Source of the DNA: Eledone cirrhosa
Lineage: Eukaryota
Direction of reading: 5' to 3'
Assembly (NCBI GenBank): GCA_964016885.1
Contig: OZ024741.1
Location: 407,836,001-407,900,000 of the forward strand
DNA length: 64,000 nt
This document shows positions 49,201 through 61,200 of the stretch, piece by piece (position 1 is the stretch's first letter; every line of letters begins with the position of its first letter). A program made the translations under genes and the position numbers. The notes under the pieces are model-generated. The model ran no database searches and was not told the DNA's origin. It worked only from the letters and a program-made list of their open reading frames with translations.

Positions 49201-52200
49201 TGGTGGTGTTGGTACTGGTGGTGTTGGTGGTAGTTGGTACTTGTGGTGTTCGTGGTAGTTGGTACTGGTGGTGTTGGTGGTAGTATTGGTAAAGGTGGTG
49301 TTGGTGGTAATGTTGGTACTGGTGGTGTTGGTGGTAGTGTTGGTATAGGTTCTGTTGGTGGTAGTGTTGGTACTGGTACTGGTGGTGTTGTTGGTAGTGT
49401 TGGTACTGGTGGTGTTGGTGGTAGTGATTATACTGGGGGTGTTTGTGGTAGTGTTGGTAGTGGTGGTGTTGGTGGTAGTGTTGGTGGTAGTGTTGGTGGT
49501 AGTGTTGGTACTGGTGGTGTTGGTGGTAGTGTTGGTACTGGTGGTGTTGGTGGTAGTGGTGGTACAAATGGAGTTGGTGGTTGTGTTAGTACAAGTGGTG
49601 TTGGTGGTAGTGTTGGTACTGGTGGTGTTGGTGGTAGTGTTGGTACTGGTGGTGTTGGTGGTAGTGTTGGTACTGGTGGTGTTGGTTGTAGTGTTGGTAC
49701 TGGTGGTGTTGGTGGTAGTGTTGGTACTGGTGGTGTTGTTGCTAGAGTTGGTACTGGTGGTGTTGGTGGTATTCTTGGTACTGGTAGTGTTGGTGGTAGT
49801 GTTGGTATTGGTGTTGTTGGTGGTTGTGTTGGTACTGGTGGTGTTGGTGGTAGTGTTTATACTGGTGGTGTTGGTGGTAGTGTTGGTACTGGTGGTGTTG
49901 GTGGTAGTGTTGGTACTGGTGGTGTTGGTGGTAGTGTTGTTACTGGTGGTGTTGGTGTCTGTGTTGTTACAGGTGGTGTTGGTGGTAGTGTTGGTACTGG
50001 TGGTGTTGGTGGTTGTGTTTATGCTGGTGGTGTTGGTGGTAGTGTTGGTACTGGTGGTGTTGGTGGTAGTGTTTATACTGGTGGTGTTGGTGGTAGTGTT
50101 GGTACAGGTTCTGTTGGTGGTAGTGTTGGTACTGGTACTGGTGGCGTTGTTGGTAGTGTTGGTACTGGTGGTGTTGGTGGTAGTGTTTATACTGGTGGTG
50201 TTTGTGGTAGTGTTGGTACTGGTGGTGTTGGTGGTAGTGTTGGTGGTAGTGTTTGTGGTAGTGTTGGTACTGGTGGTGTTGGTGGTAGTGTTGGTACTGG
50301 TAGTGTTGGTGGTAGTGTTGGTACTGGTGGTGTTGGTGGTAGTGTTGGTACAAGTGGTGTTGGTGGTAGTGTTAGTACAAGTGGTGTTGGTGGTAGTATT
50401 GGTACTGGTGGTGTTGGTGGTAGTGTTGGTACTGGTGGTGTTGGTGGTAGTGTTGGTACTGGTGGTGTTGGTTGTAGTGTTGGTACTGGTGGTGTTGGTG
50501 GTAGTGTTGGTACTGGTGGTGTTGTTGGTAGTGTTGGTACTGGTGGTGTTGGTGGTAGTGTTTGTATTGGTGTTGGTGGTTGTGTTGGTACTGGTGGTGT
50601 TGGTGGTAGTGTTTATACTGGTGGTGTTGGTGGTAGTGTTGGTACTGGTGGTGTTGGTGGTAGTGTTGGTACTGGTGGTGTTGGTGGTAGTGTTGTTACT
50701 GGTGGTGTTGGTGGTAGTGTTGGTACTGGTGGTGTTGGTGGTAGTGTTGTTACTGTTGGTGTTGGTGTTAGTGTTGGTACTGGTGGTGTTGGTGGTAGGG
50801 TTGGTGGTAGTGTTTGTGGTAGTGCTGGTACTGGTGGTGTTGGTGGTAGTGTTGGTACTGGTGGTGTTGGTTGTAGTGTTGGTGGTTGTGTTGTTACAGG
50901 TGGTGTTGGTGGTAGTGTTGGTACTGGTGGTGTTGGTGGTAGTGTTTATACTGGTGGTGTTGGTGGTAGTGTTGCTACTGGTGGTGTTGGTGGTAGTGTT
51001 GGTACTGGTGGTGTTGCTGGTAGTGTTGGTTCTGGTGGTGTTGGTGGTAGTGTTTATACTTGTGGTGTTGGTGTTGGTGGTAGTGTTGGTACTGGTGGTG
51101 TTGTTGGTAGTGTTGGTACTGGTGGTGTTGGTGGTAGTGTTGTTACTGGTGGTGTTGGTGCTAGTGTTGGTACTGGTGGTGTTGGTGGTAGTGTTGGTAC
51201 TGGTGGTGTTGGTGGTAGTGTTGGTACTGGTGGTGTTGGTGGTAGTGTTGTTACTGATGGTGTTGGTGGTAGTGTTGGTACTGGTGGTGTTGGTGGTAGT
51301 GTTGGTTCTGCTGGTGTTGGTGGTAGTGTTTATACTGGTGGTGTTGGTGTTGGTGGTAGTGTTGGTACTGGTGGTGTTGGTGGTAGTGTTGTTACAGGTG
51401 GTGTTGGTGGTAGTTTTGGTATTGGTGGTGTTGGTGGTAGTGTTTATACTGGTGGTGTTGGTGGTAGTGTTGGTACTGGTGGTATTGTTGGAAGTGTTGG
51501 TACTGGTGTTGTTGGTGGTTGTGTTGGTACTGGTGGTGTTGGTTGAAGTTGGTACTGGTGGTGTTGGTGGTAGTTGGTACTGGTGGTGTTGGTGGTAATG
51601 TTGGTACTGGTGGTGTTGGTAGTAGTGTTGGTACGGGTGGTGTTGTTGGTAGTGTTGGTACAGGTGGTGTTGGTGGTAGTGTTGGTACTGGTGGTGTTGT
51701 TGGTAGTGTTGGTACTGGTGGTGTTGGTACTGGTGGTGTAGGTGGTAGTGTTCCTACTGCTGGTGTTGGTGGTAGTGTTGGTACTGGTGGTGTTGTTGGT
51801 AGTGTTGGTACTGGTGTTGTTGGTGGTAGTGTTTATACTGGTGGTGTTGGTGTCTGTGTTGTTACAGGTGGTGTTGGTTGTAGTGTTGGTACTGGTGGTG
51901 TTGGTGGTAGTGCTTATACTGGTGGTGTTGGTGGTAGTGTTGGTACTGGTGGTGTTGGTGGTAGTGAGGGTACTGGTGGTATTGGTGGTAGTGTTGGTAC
52001 TGGTGTTGTTGGTGGTAGTGTTGTTACTGGTGGTGTTGGTGTCTGTGTTGTTACAGGTGGTGTTGATGGTAGTGTTGGTACTGGTGGTGTTGGTGGTAGT
52101 GTTTATACTGGTGGTGTTGGTGGTAGTGTTGGTACTGGTGGTGTTGGTGGTAGTGAGGGTACTGGTGGTATTGGTGGTAGTGTTGGTACTGGTGTTGTTG

Positions 52201-55200
52201 GTGGTTGTGTTGGTACTGGTGGTGTTGGTGGTAGTGTTGTTACTGGTGGTGTTGTTGTCTGTGTTGTTACAGGTGGTGTTGATGGTAGTGTTGGTACTGG
52301 TGCTGTTGGTGGTAGTGTTTATACTGGTGGTGTTGGTGGTAGTGTTGGTACTGGTGGTGTTGGTGGTAGTGTTGGTACTGGTGGTGTTGCTGGTAGTGTT
52401 GGTTCTGGTGGTGTTGGTGCTAGTGTTGGTACTGGTGGTGTTGGTGGTAGTGTTTATACTGGTGGTGTTGGTGGTAGTGTTGGTACTGGTGGTGTTGGTG
52501 GTAGTGTTTATACTGGTGGTGTTGGTGGTAGTGTTGGTACTGGTGGTGTTGGTGGTAGTGTTTATACTGGTGGTGTTTGTGGTAGTGTTGGTACTGGTGG
52601 TGTTGGTGGTAGTGTTGGTGGTAGTGTTTGTGGTAGTGTTGGTACTGGTGGTGTTGGTGGTAGTGTTGGTACTGGTAGTGTTGGTGGTAGTGTTGGTACT
52701 GGTGGTGTTGGTGGTAGTGTTAGTACAAGTGGTGTTGGTTGTAGTATTGGTACTGGTGGTGTTGGTGGTAGTGTTGGTACTGGTGGTGTTGGTTGTAGTG
52801 TTGGTACTGGTGGTGTTGGTGGTAGTGTTGGTACTGGTGGTGTTGTTGGTAGTGTTGGTACTGGTGGTGTTGGTGGTATTCTTGGTACAGGTAGTGTTGG
52901 TGGTAGTGTTGGTATTGGTGTTGTTGGTGGTTGTGTTGGTACTGGTGGTGTTGGTGGTAGTGTTTATACTGGTGGTGTTGGTGGTAGTGTTGGTACTGGT
53001 GGTGTTGGTGGTAGTGTTGGTACTGGTGGTGTTGGTGGTAGTGTTGTTACTGGTGGTGTTGGTGGTAGTGTTGGTACTGGTGGTGTTGGTGGTAGTGTTG
53101 TTACTGGTGGTGTTGGTGTTAGTGTTGGTACTGGTGGTGTTGGTGGTAGGGTTGGTGGTAGTGTTTGTGGTAGTGCTGGTACTGGTGGTGTTGGTGGTAG
53201 TGTTGGTACTGGTGGTGTTGGTTGTAGTGTTGGTGGTTGTGTTGTTACAGGTGGTGTTGGTGGTAGTGTTGGTACTGGTGGTGTTGGTGGTAGTGTTTAT
53301 ACTGGTGGTGTTGGTGGTAGTGTTGGTACTGGTGGTGTTGGTGGTAGTGTTGGTACTGGTGGTGTTGCTGGTAGTGTTGGTTCTGGTGGTGTTGGTGGTA
53401 GTGTTTATACTGGTGGTGTTGGTGTTGGTGGTAGTGTTGGTACTGGTGGTGTTGTTGGTAGTGTTGGTACTGGTGGTATTGGTGGTAGTGTTGTTACTGG
53501 TGGTGTTGGTGCTAGTGTTGGTACTGGTGGTGTTGGTGGTAGTGTTCGTACTGGTGGTGTTGGTGGTAGTGTTGGTACTGGTGGTGTTGGTGGTAGTGTT
53601 GTTACTGATGGTGTTGGTGGTAGTGTTGGTACTGGTGGTGTTGGTGGTAGTGTTGGTTCTGCTGGTGTTGGTGGTAGTGTTTATACTGGTGGTGTTGGTG
53701 TTGGTGGTAGTGTTGGTACTGGTGGTGTTGGTGGTAGTGTTGTTACAGGATGTGTTGGTGGTAGTTTTGGTATTGGTGGTGTTGGTGGTAGTGTTTATAT
53801 TGGTGGTGTTGGTGGTAGTGTTGGTACTGGTGGTATTGTTGGAAGTGTTGGTACTGGTGTTGTTGGTGGTTGTGTTGGTACTGGTGGTGTTGGTTGAAGT
53901 TGGTACTGGTGGTGTTGGTGGTAGTTTGTACTGGTGGTGTTGGTGGTAATGTTGGTACTGGTGGTGTTGGTAGTAGTGTTGGTACAGGTGGTGTTGGTGG
54001 TAGTGTTGGTACTGGTGGTGTTGTTGGTAGTGTTGGTACTGGTGTTGTTGGTGGTAGTGTTTATACTGGTGGTGTTGGTGTCTGTGTTGTTACAGGTGGT
54101 GTTGGTTGTAGTGTTGGTACTGGTGGTGTTGGTGGTAGTGCTTATACTGGTGGTGTTGGTGGTAGTGTTGGTACTGGTGGTGTTGGTGGTAGTGAGGGTA
54201 CTGGTGGTATTGGTGGTAGTGTTGGTACTGGTGTTGTTGGTGGTAGTGTTGTTACTGGTGGTGTTGGTGTCTGTGTTGTTACAGGTGGTGCTGATGGTAG
54301 TGTTGGTACTGGTGGTGTTGGTGGTAGTGTTTATACTGGTGGTGTTGGTGGTAGTGTTGGTACTGGTGGTGTTGGTGGTAGTGAGGGTACTGGTGGTATT
54401 GGTGGTAGTGTTGGTACTGGTGTTGTTGGTGGTTGTGTTGGTACTGGTGGTGTTGGTGGTAGTGTTGTTACTGGTGGTGTTGTTGTCTGTGTTGTTACAG
54501 GTGGTGTTGATGGTAGTGTTGGTACTGGTGGTGTTGGTGGTAGTGTTTATACTGGTGGTGTTGGTGGTAGTGTTGGTACTGGTGGTGTTGGTGGTAGTGT
54601 TGGTACTGGTGGTGTTGCTGGTAGTGTTGGTTCTGGTGGTGTTGGTGCTAGTGTTGGTACTGGTGGTGTTGGTGGTAGTGTTTATACTAGTGGTGTTGGT
54701 GGTAGTGTTCGTACTGGTGGTGTTGGTGGTAGTGTTTATACTGGTGGTGTTGGTGGTAGTGTTGGTTCTGGTGGTGTTTGTGGTAGTGTTTATACTGGTG
54801 GTGTTGGTGGTAGTGTTTATACTGGTGGTGTTGGTGGTAGTGTTGGTACTGGTGGTGTTGGTGGTAGTGTTTATACTGGTGGTGTTGGTGGTAGTGTTGG
54901 TACTGGTGGTGTTGGTGGTAGTGTTGTTACTGGTGGTGTTGGTGGTAGTGTTGGTACAGGTGGTGTTGGTGGTAGTGTTGGTTCTGCTGGTGTTGGTGGT
55001 TGTGTTTATACTGGTGGTGTTGGTGTTGGTGGTAGTGTTGGTACTGGTGGTGTTGGTGGTAGTGTTGTTACAGGTGGTGTTGATGGTAGTGTTGGTACTG
55101 GTGGTATTGTTGGAAGTGTTGGTACTGGTGTTGTTGGTGGTTGTGTTGGTACTGGTGGTGTTGGTTGAAGTTGGTACTGGTGGTGTTGGTGGTAGTTGGT

Positions 55201-58200
55201 ACTGGTGGTGTTGGTGGTAATGTTGGTACTGGTGGTGTTGGTAGTAGTGTTGGTACGGGTGGTGTTGTTGGTAGTGTTGGTACAGGTGGTGTTGGTGGTA
55301 GTGTTGGTACTGGTGGTGTTGTTGGTAGTGTTGGTACTGGTGGTGTTGGTACTGGTGGTGTAGGTGGTAGTGTTCCTACTGCTGGTGTTGGTGGTAGTGT
55401 TGGTACTGGTGGTGTTGTTGGTAGTGTTGGTACTGGTGTTGTTGGTGGTAGTGTTTATACTGGTGGTGTTGGTGTCTGTGTTGTTACAGGTGGTGTTGGT
55501 TGTAGTGTTGGTACTGGTGGTGTTGGTGGTAGTTTTTATACTGGTGGTGTTGGTGGTAGTGTTGGTACTGGTGGTGTTGGTTGTAGTGAGGGTACTGGTG
55601 GTATTGCTGGTAGTGTTGGTACTGGTGTTGTTGGTGGTTGTGTTGGTACTGGTGGTGTTGGTGGTAGTGTTGTTACTGGTGGTGTTGGTGTCTGTGTTGT
55701 TACAGGTGGTGTTGATGGTAGTGTTGTTACTGGTGGTGTTGGTGGTAGTGTTTATACTGGTGGTGTTGGTGGTAGTGTTGGTACTGGTGGTGTTGGTGGT
55801 AGTGAGGGTACTGGTGGTATTGGTGGTAGTGTTGGTACTGGTGTTGTTGGTGGTTGTGTTGGTACTGGTGGTGTTGGTGGTAGTGTTGTTACTGGTGGTG
55901 TTGTTGTCTGTGTTGTTACAGGTGGTGTTGATGGTAGTGTTGGTACTGGTGGTGTTGGTGGTAGTGTTTATACTGGTGGTGTTGGTGGTAGTGTTGGTAC
56001 TGGTGGTGTTGGTGGTAGTGTTGGTACTGGTGGTGTTGCTGGTAGTGTTGGTTCTGGTGGTGTTGGTGCTAGTGTTGGTACTGGTGGTGTTGGTGGTAGT
56101 GTTTATACTGGTGGTGTTGGTGGTAGTGTTGGTACTGGTGGTGTTGGTGGTAGTGTTTATACTGGTGGTGTTGGTGGTAGTGTTGGTACTGGTGGTGTTT
56201 GTGGTAGTGTTTATACTGGTGGTGTTGGTGGTAGTGTTTATACTGGTGGTGTTAGTGGTAGTGTTGGTACTGGTGGTGTTGGTGGTAGTGTTTATACTGG
56301 TGGTGTTGGTGGTAGTGTTGGTACTGGTGGTGTTGGTGGTAGTGTTGGTACTTGTGGTGTTGCTGGTAGTGTTGGTTCTGGTGGTGTTGGTGGTATTCTT
56401 GGTACTGGTAGTGTTGGTGGTAGTGTTGGTACTGGTGGTGTTGGTGGTAGTGTTGGTACTGGTGGTGTTGGTGGTAGTGTTGGTACTGGTAGTGTTGGTG
56501 GTAATGTTGGTACTGGTGGTGTTGGTGGTATTCTTGGTACTGGTAGTGTTGGTGGTAGTGTTGGTACTGGTGGTGTTGGTGGAAGTTGGTACTGGTGGTG
56601 TTGGTGGTAGTGTTGGTAATGGTGGTATTGTTGGTAGTTGGTACTGGTGGTGTTGGTGGTAGTGTAGGTACTGGTACAGGTGGTGTTGGTACTGGTGGTG
56701 TTAGTGGTAGTTGGTACTTGTGGTGTTGGTGGTAGTTGGTACTGGTGGTGTTGGTGGTAGTGTTGGTAAAGGTGGTGTTGGTGGTATTCTTGGTACTGGT
56801 GGTGTTGGTTGTAGTGTTGGTACTGATGGTGTTGGTGGTAGTGTTGTTACAGGTGGTGTTGTTGGTAGTGTTGGTACTGGTGGTGTTGGTGGTAGTGTTT
56901 ATACTGCTGGTGTTGGTGGTAGTGTTGTTACAGGTGGTGTTGATGGTAGTCTTGGTACTGGTGGTGTTGGTGGTAGTGTTGGTTCTGGTGGTGTTGGTGG
57001 TAGTGTTTATACTGGTAGTGTTGGTGTTGGTGGTAGTATTGGTACTGGTGGTGTTGGTGGTAGTGTTGGTAGTGGTGCTGTTGGTGGTAGTGTTGTTACA
57101 GGTGGGGTTGATGGTAGTGTTGGTACTGGTGGTGTTGGTGGTAGTGTTTATACTGGTGGTGTTGGTGTTGGTGGTAGTATTGGTACTGGTGGTGTTGGTG
57201 GTAGTGTTTATACTGGTGGTGTTGGTGGTAGTGTTGGTATTGGTGGTGTTGGTGGTAGTGTTGGTACTGGTGGTGTTGGTGGTAGTGTCGGTACTGGTGG
57301 TGTTGCTGCTAGTGTTGGTACTGGTGGTGTTGGTGCTAGTGTTGGTACTGGTGGTGTTGGTGGTAATGTTGGTACTGGTGGTGTTGGTGGTAGTGTTGGT
57401 ACTGGTGGTGTTGCTGGTAGTGTTGGTACTGGTAATGTTGGTGGTAGTGTTGGTACAGGTGGTCTTGGTGGTAGTGTTGGTACTGGTGGTGTTGGTGGTA
57501 GTGTTGGTACTGGTGGTGTTGGTGGTAGTGTTGGTACTGGTGGTGTTGGAGGTATTCTTGGTACTGGTATTGTTGGTGGTAGTGTTGGTACTGGTGGTGT
57601 TGTTGGTAATGTTGATATTGGTGTTGTTGGTGGTTGTGTTGGTACTGGTTGTGTTGGTGTAAGTTGGTTCTGGTGGTGTTGGTGGTAGTTGGTACTGGTG
57701 GTGTTGTTGGTAGTGTTGATACTGGTGGTGTTGGTGGTAGTTAGTACTGGTGGTGTTGTTGGTAGTGTTGGTACTGGTGGTGTTGGTGGTAGTTGGTACT
57801 GGTGGTGTTGTTGGTAGTGTCGGTACTGGTGGTGTTGGTGGTAGTGTTGGTGCTGGTGGTGTTGGTGGTAGTTGGTACTGGTGGTGTTGTTGGTAGTGTT
57901 GGTAATGGTGGTGTTGGTGGTAGTGTTGGTGCTGGTGGTGTTGGTGGTAGTGTTGGTACTGTTACTGGTGGTGTTGGTGGTAGTGTTGGTACTGGTATTG
58001 GTGGTGTTGGTGGTAGGTTGGTACTGGTGGTGTTGGTTCTGGTACTGGTGGTGTTGGTGGTAGTGTTGGTTCTGGTACTGGTGGTGTTGGTGGTAGTGTT
58101 GTTACTGGTGGTGTTGGTGGTAGTGTTGTTTCTCGTGGTGTTGGTGGTATTCTTGGTACTGGTAGTGTTGGTGGTAATGTTGGTACTGGTGGTGTTGGTG

Positions 58201-61200
58201 GTAGTGTTGGTACAGGTATTGGTGGTGTTGGTGGTAGTGTTGTTACAGGCGGTGTTGGTGGTAGTGTTTGGACTGGTAGTGTTGGTGGTAGTGTTGTTAC
58301 AGGTGGTGTTGGTGTTAGTGTTGGTACTGGTGGTGTTGGTGCTAGTGTTGGTACTGGTGGTGTTGCTGGTACTGTTGGTACTGGTAGTGTTGGTGGTAGT
58401 GGTGGTACTGGTGGAGTTGGTGGTAGTGTTGGTACTGGTGGTGTTGGTGGTAGTGTTGGTACTTGTGGTGTTGGTGGTAGTGTTAGTACAAGTGGTGTTG
58501 GTGGTAGTGTTGGTACGGGTGGTGTTGGTGGTAGTGTTGGTACTGGTGTGGGAGGTAGTTGGTACTGGTGGTGTTGGTGGTAGTGTAGGTACTGGTACAG
58601 GTGGTGTTTGTACTGGTGGTGTTGGTACTGGTGGTGTTGGTGGTAGTTGGTACTTGTGGTGTTCGTGGTAGTTGGTACTGGTGGTGTTGGTGGTAGTATT
58701 GGTAAAGGTGGTGTTGGTGGTAATGTTGGTACTGGTGGTGTTGGTGGTAGTGTTGGTACAGGTTCTGTTGGTGGTAGTGTTGGTACTGGTACTCGTGGTG
58801 TTGTTGGTAGTGTTGGTACTGGTGGTGTTGGTGGTAGTGTTTATACTGGTGGTGTTTGTGGTAGTGTTGGTACTGGTGGTGTTGGTGGTAGTGTTGGTGG
58901 TAGTGTTTGTGGTAGTGTTCGTACTGGTGGTGTTGGTGGTAGTGTTGGTACTGGTAGTGTTGGTGGTAGATTTGGTACTGGTGGTGTTGGTGGTAGTGTT
59001 GGTACAAGTGGTGTTGGTGGTAGTGTTAGTACAAGTGGTGTTGGTGGTAGTGTTGGTACTGGTGGTGTTGGTGGTAGTGTGGTACTGGTGGTGTTGGTGG
59101 TAGTGTTGGTACTGGTGGTGTTGGTTGTAGTGTTGGTACTGGTGGTGTTGGTGGTAGTGTTGGTACTGGTGGTGTTGTTGGTAGTGTTGGTACTGGTGGT
59201 GTTGGTGGTATTCTTGGTACTGGTAGTGTTGGTGGTAGTGTTGGTATTGGTGTTGTTGGTGGTTGTGTTGGTACTGGTGGTGTTGGTGGTAGTGTTTATA
59301 CTGGTGGTGTTGGTGGTAGTGTTGGTACTGGTGGTGTTGGTGGTAGTGTTGGTACTGGTGGTGTTGGTGGTAGTGTTATTACTGGTGGTGTTGGTGTCTG
59401 TGTTGTTACAGGTGGTGTTGGTGGTAGTGTTGGTACTGGTGGTGTTGGTGGTAGTGTTTATACTGGTGGTGTTGGTGGTAGTGTTGGTACTGGTGGTGTT
59501 GGTGGTAGTGTTTATACTGGTGGTGTTGGTGGTAGTGTTGGTACTGGTGGTGTTGCTGGTAGTGTTGGATCTGGTGGTGTTGTTGGTAGTGTTTATACTG
59601 GTGGTGTTGGTGTTGGTGGTAGTGTTGGTACTGGTGGTGTTGGTGGTAGTGTTTTTGCTGGTGGTGTTGGTGCTTGTGTTGGTACTGGTGGTGTTGGTGG
59701 TAGTGTTGGTACTGGTGGTGTTGGTGGTAGTGTTGGTACTGGTGGTGTTGGTTGTAGTGTTGGTACTGGTACTGGTGGTGTTGGTGGTAGTGTTGGTACT
59801 GGTGGTGTTGGTGGTAGTGTTGGTTCTGCTGGTGTTGGTGGTAGTGTTTATACTGGTGATGTTGGTGTTGGTGGTTGTGTTGGTACTGGTGGTGTTGGTG
59901 GTAGTGTTGTTACAGGTGGTGTTGGTGGTAGTTTTGGTATTGGTGGTGTTGGTGGTAGTGTTTATACTGGTGGTGTTGGTGGTAGTGTTGGTACTGGTGG
60001 TGTTGTTGGAAGTGTTGGTACTGGTGTTGTTGGTGGTTGTGTTGGTACTGGTGGTGTTGGTTGAAGTTGGTACTGGTGGTGTTGGTGGTAGTTGGTACTG
60101 GTGGTGTTGGTGGTAATGTTGGTACTGGTGGTGTTGGTAGTAGTGTTGGTACGGGTGGTGTTGTTTGTAGTGTTGGTACAGGTGGTGTTGGTGGTAGTGT
60201 TGGTACTGGTGGTGTTGTTGGTAGTGTTGGTACTGGTGGTGTTGGTACTGGTGGTGTAGGTGGTAGTGTTCCTACTGCTGGTGTTGGTGGTAGTGTTGGT
60301 ACTGGTGGTGTTGTTGGTAGTGTTGGTACTGGTGTTGTTGGTGGTAGTGTTGGTACTGGTGGTGTTGGTGGTAGTGTTTATACTGGTAGTGTTGGTGTCT
60401 GTGTTGTTACAGGTGGTGTTGGTGGTAGTGTTGGTACTGGTGTTGTTGGTGGTTGTGTTGGTACTGGTGGTGTTGGTGGTAGTGTTTATACTGGTGGTGT
60501 TGGTGGTAGTGTTGGTACTGGTGGTGTTGCTGGTAGTGTTGGTTCTGGTGGTGTTGGTGGTAGTGTTTATACTGGTGGTGTTGGTGGTAGTGAGGGTACT
60601 GGTGGTATTGGTTGTAGTGTTGGTACTGGTGTTGTTGGTGTTTGTGTTGGTACTGGTGGTGTTGGTGGTAGTGTTGTTACTGGTGGTGTTGGTGGTAGTG
60701 TTGGTACTGGTGGTGTTGGTGGTAGTGTTTATACTGGTGGTGTTGGTGGTAGTGTTGGTACTGGTGGTGTTGGTGGTAGTGTTTATACTGGTGGTGTTGG
60801 TGGTAGTGTTTATACTGGTGGTGTTGGTGGTAGTGTTGGTACTGGTGGTGTTGGTGGTAGTGTTTATACTGGTGGTGTTGGTGGTAGTGTTGGTACTGGT
60901 GGTGTTGGTGGTAGTGTTGGTACTGGTGGTGTTGCTGGTAGTGTTGGTTCTGGTGGTGTTGGTGCTAGTGTTGGTACTGGTGGTGTTGGTGGTAGTGTTT
61001 ATACTGGTGGTGTTGGTGGTAGTGTTGGTACTGGTGGTGTTGGTGGTAGTGTTTATACTGGTGGTGTTGGTGATAGTGTTGGTACTGGTGGTGTTTGTGG
61101 TAGTGTTTATACTGGTGGTGTTGGTGGTAGTGTTTATACTGGTGGTGTTGGTGGTAGTGTTGGTACTGGTGGTGTTGATGGTAGTGTTTATACTGGTGGT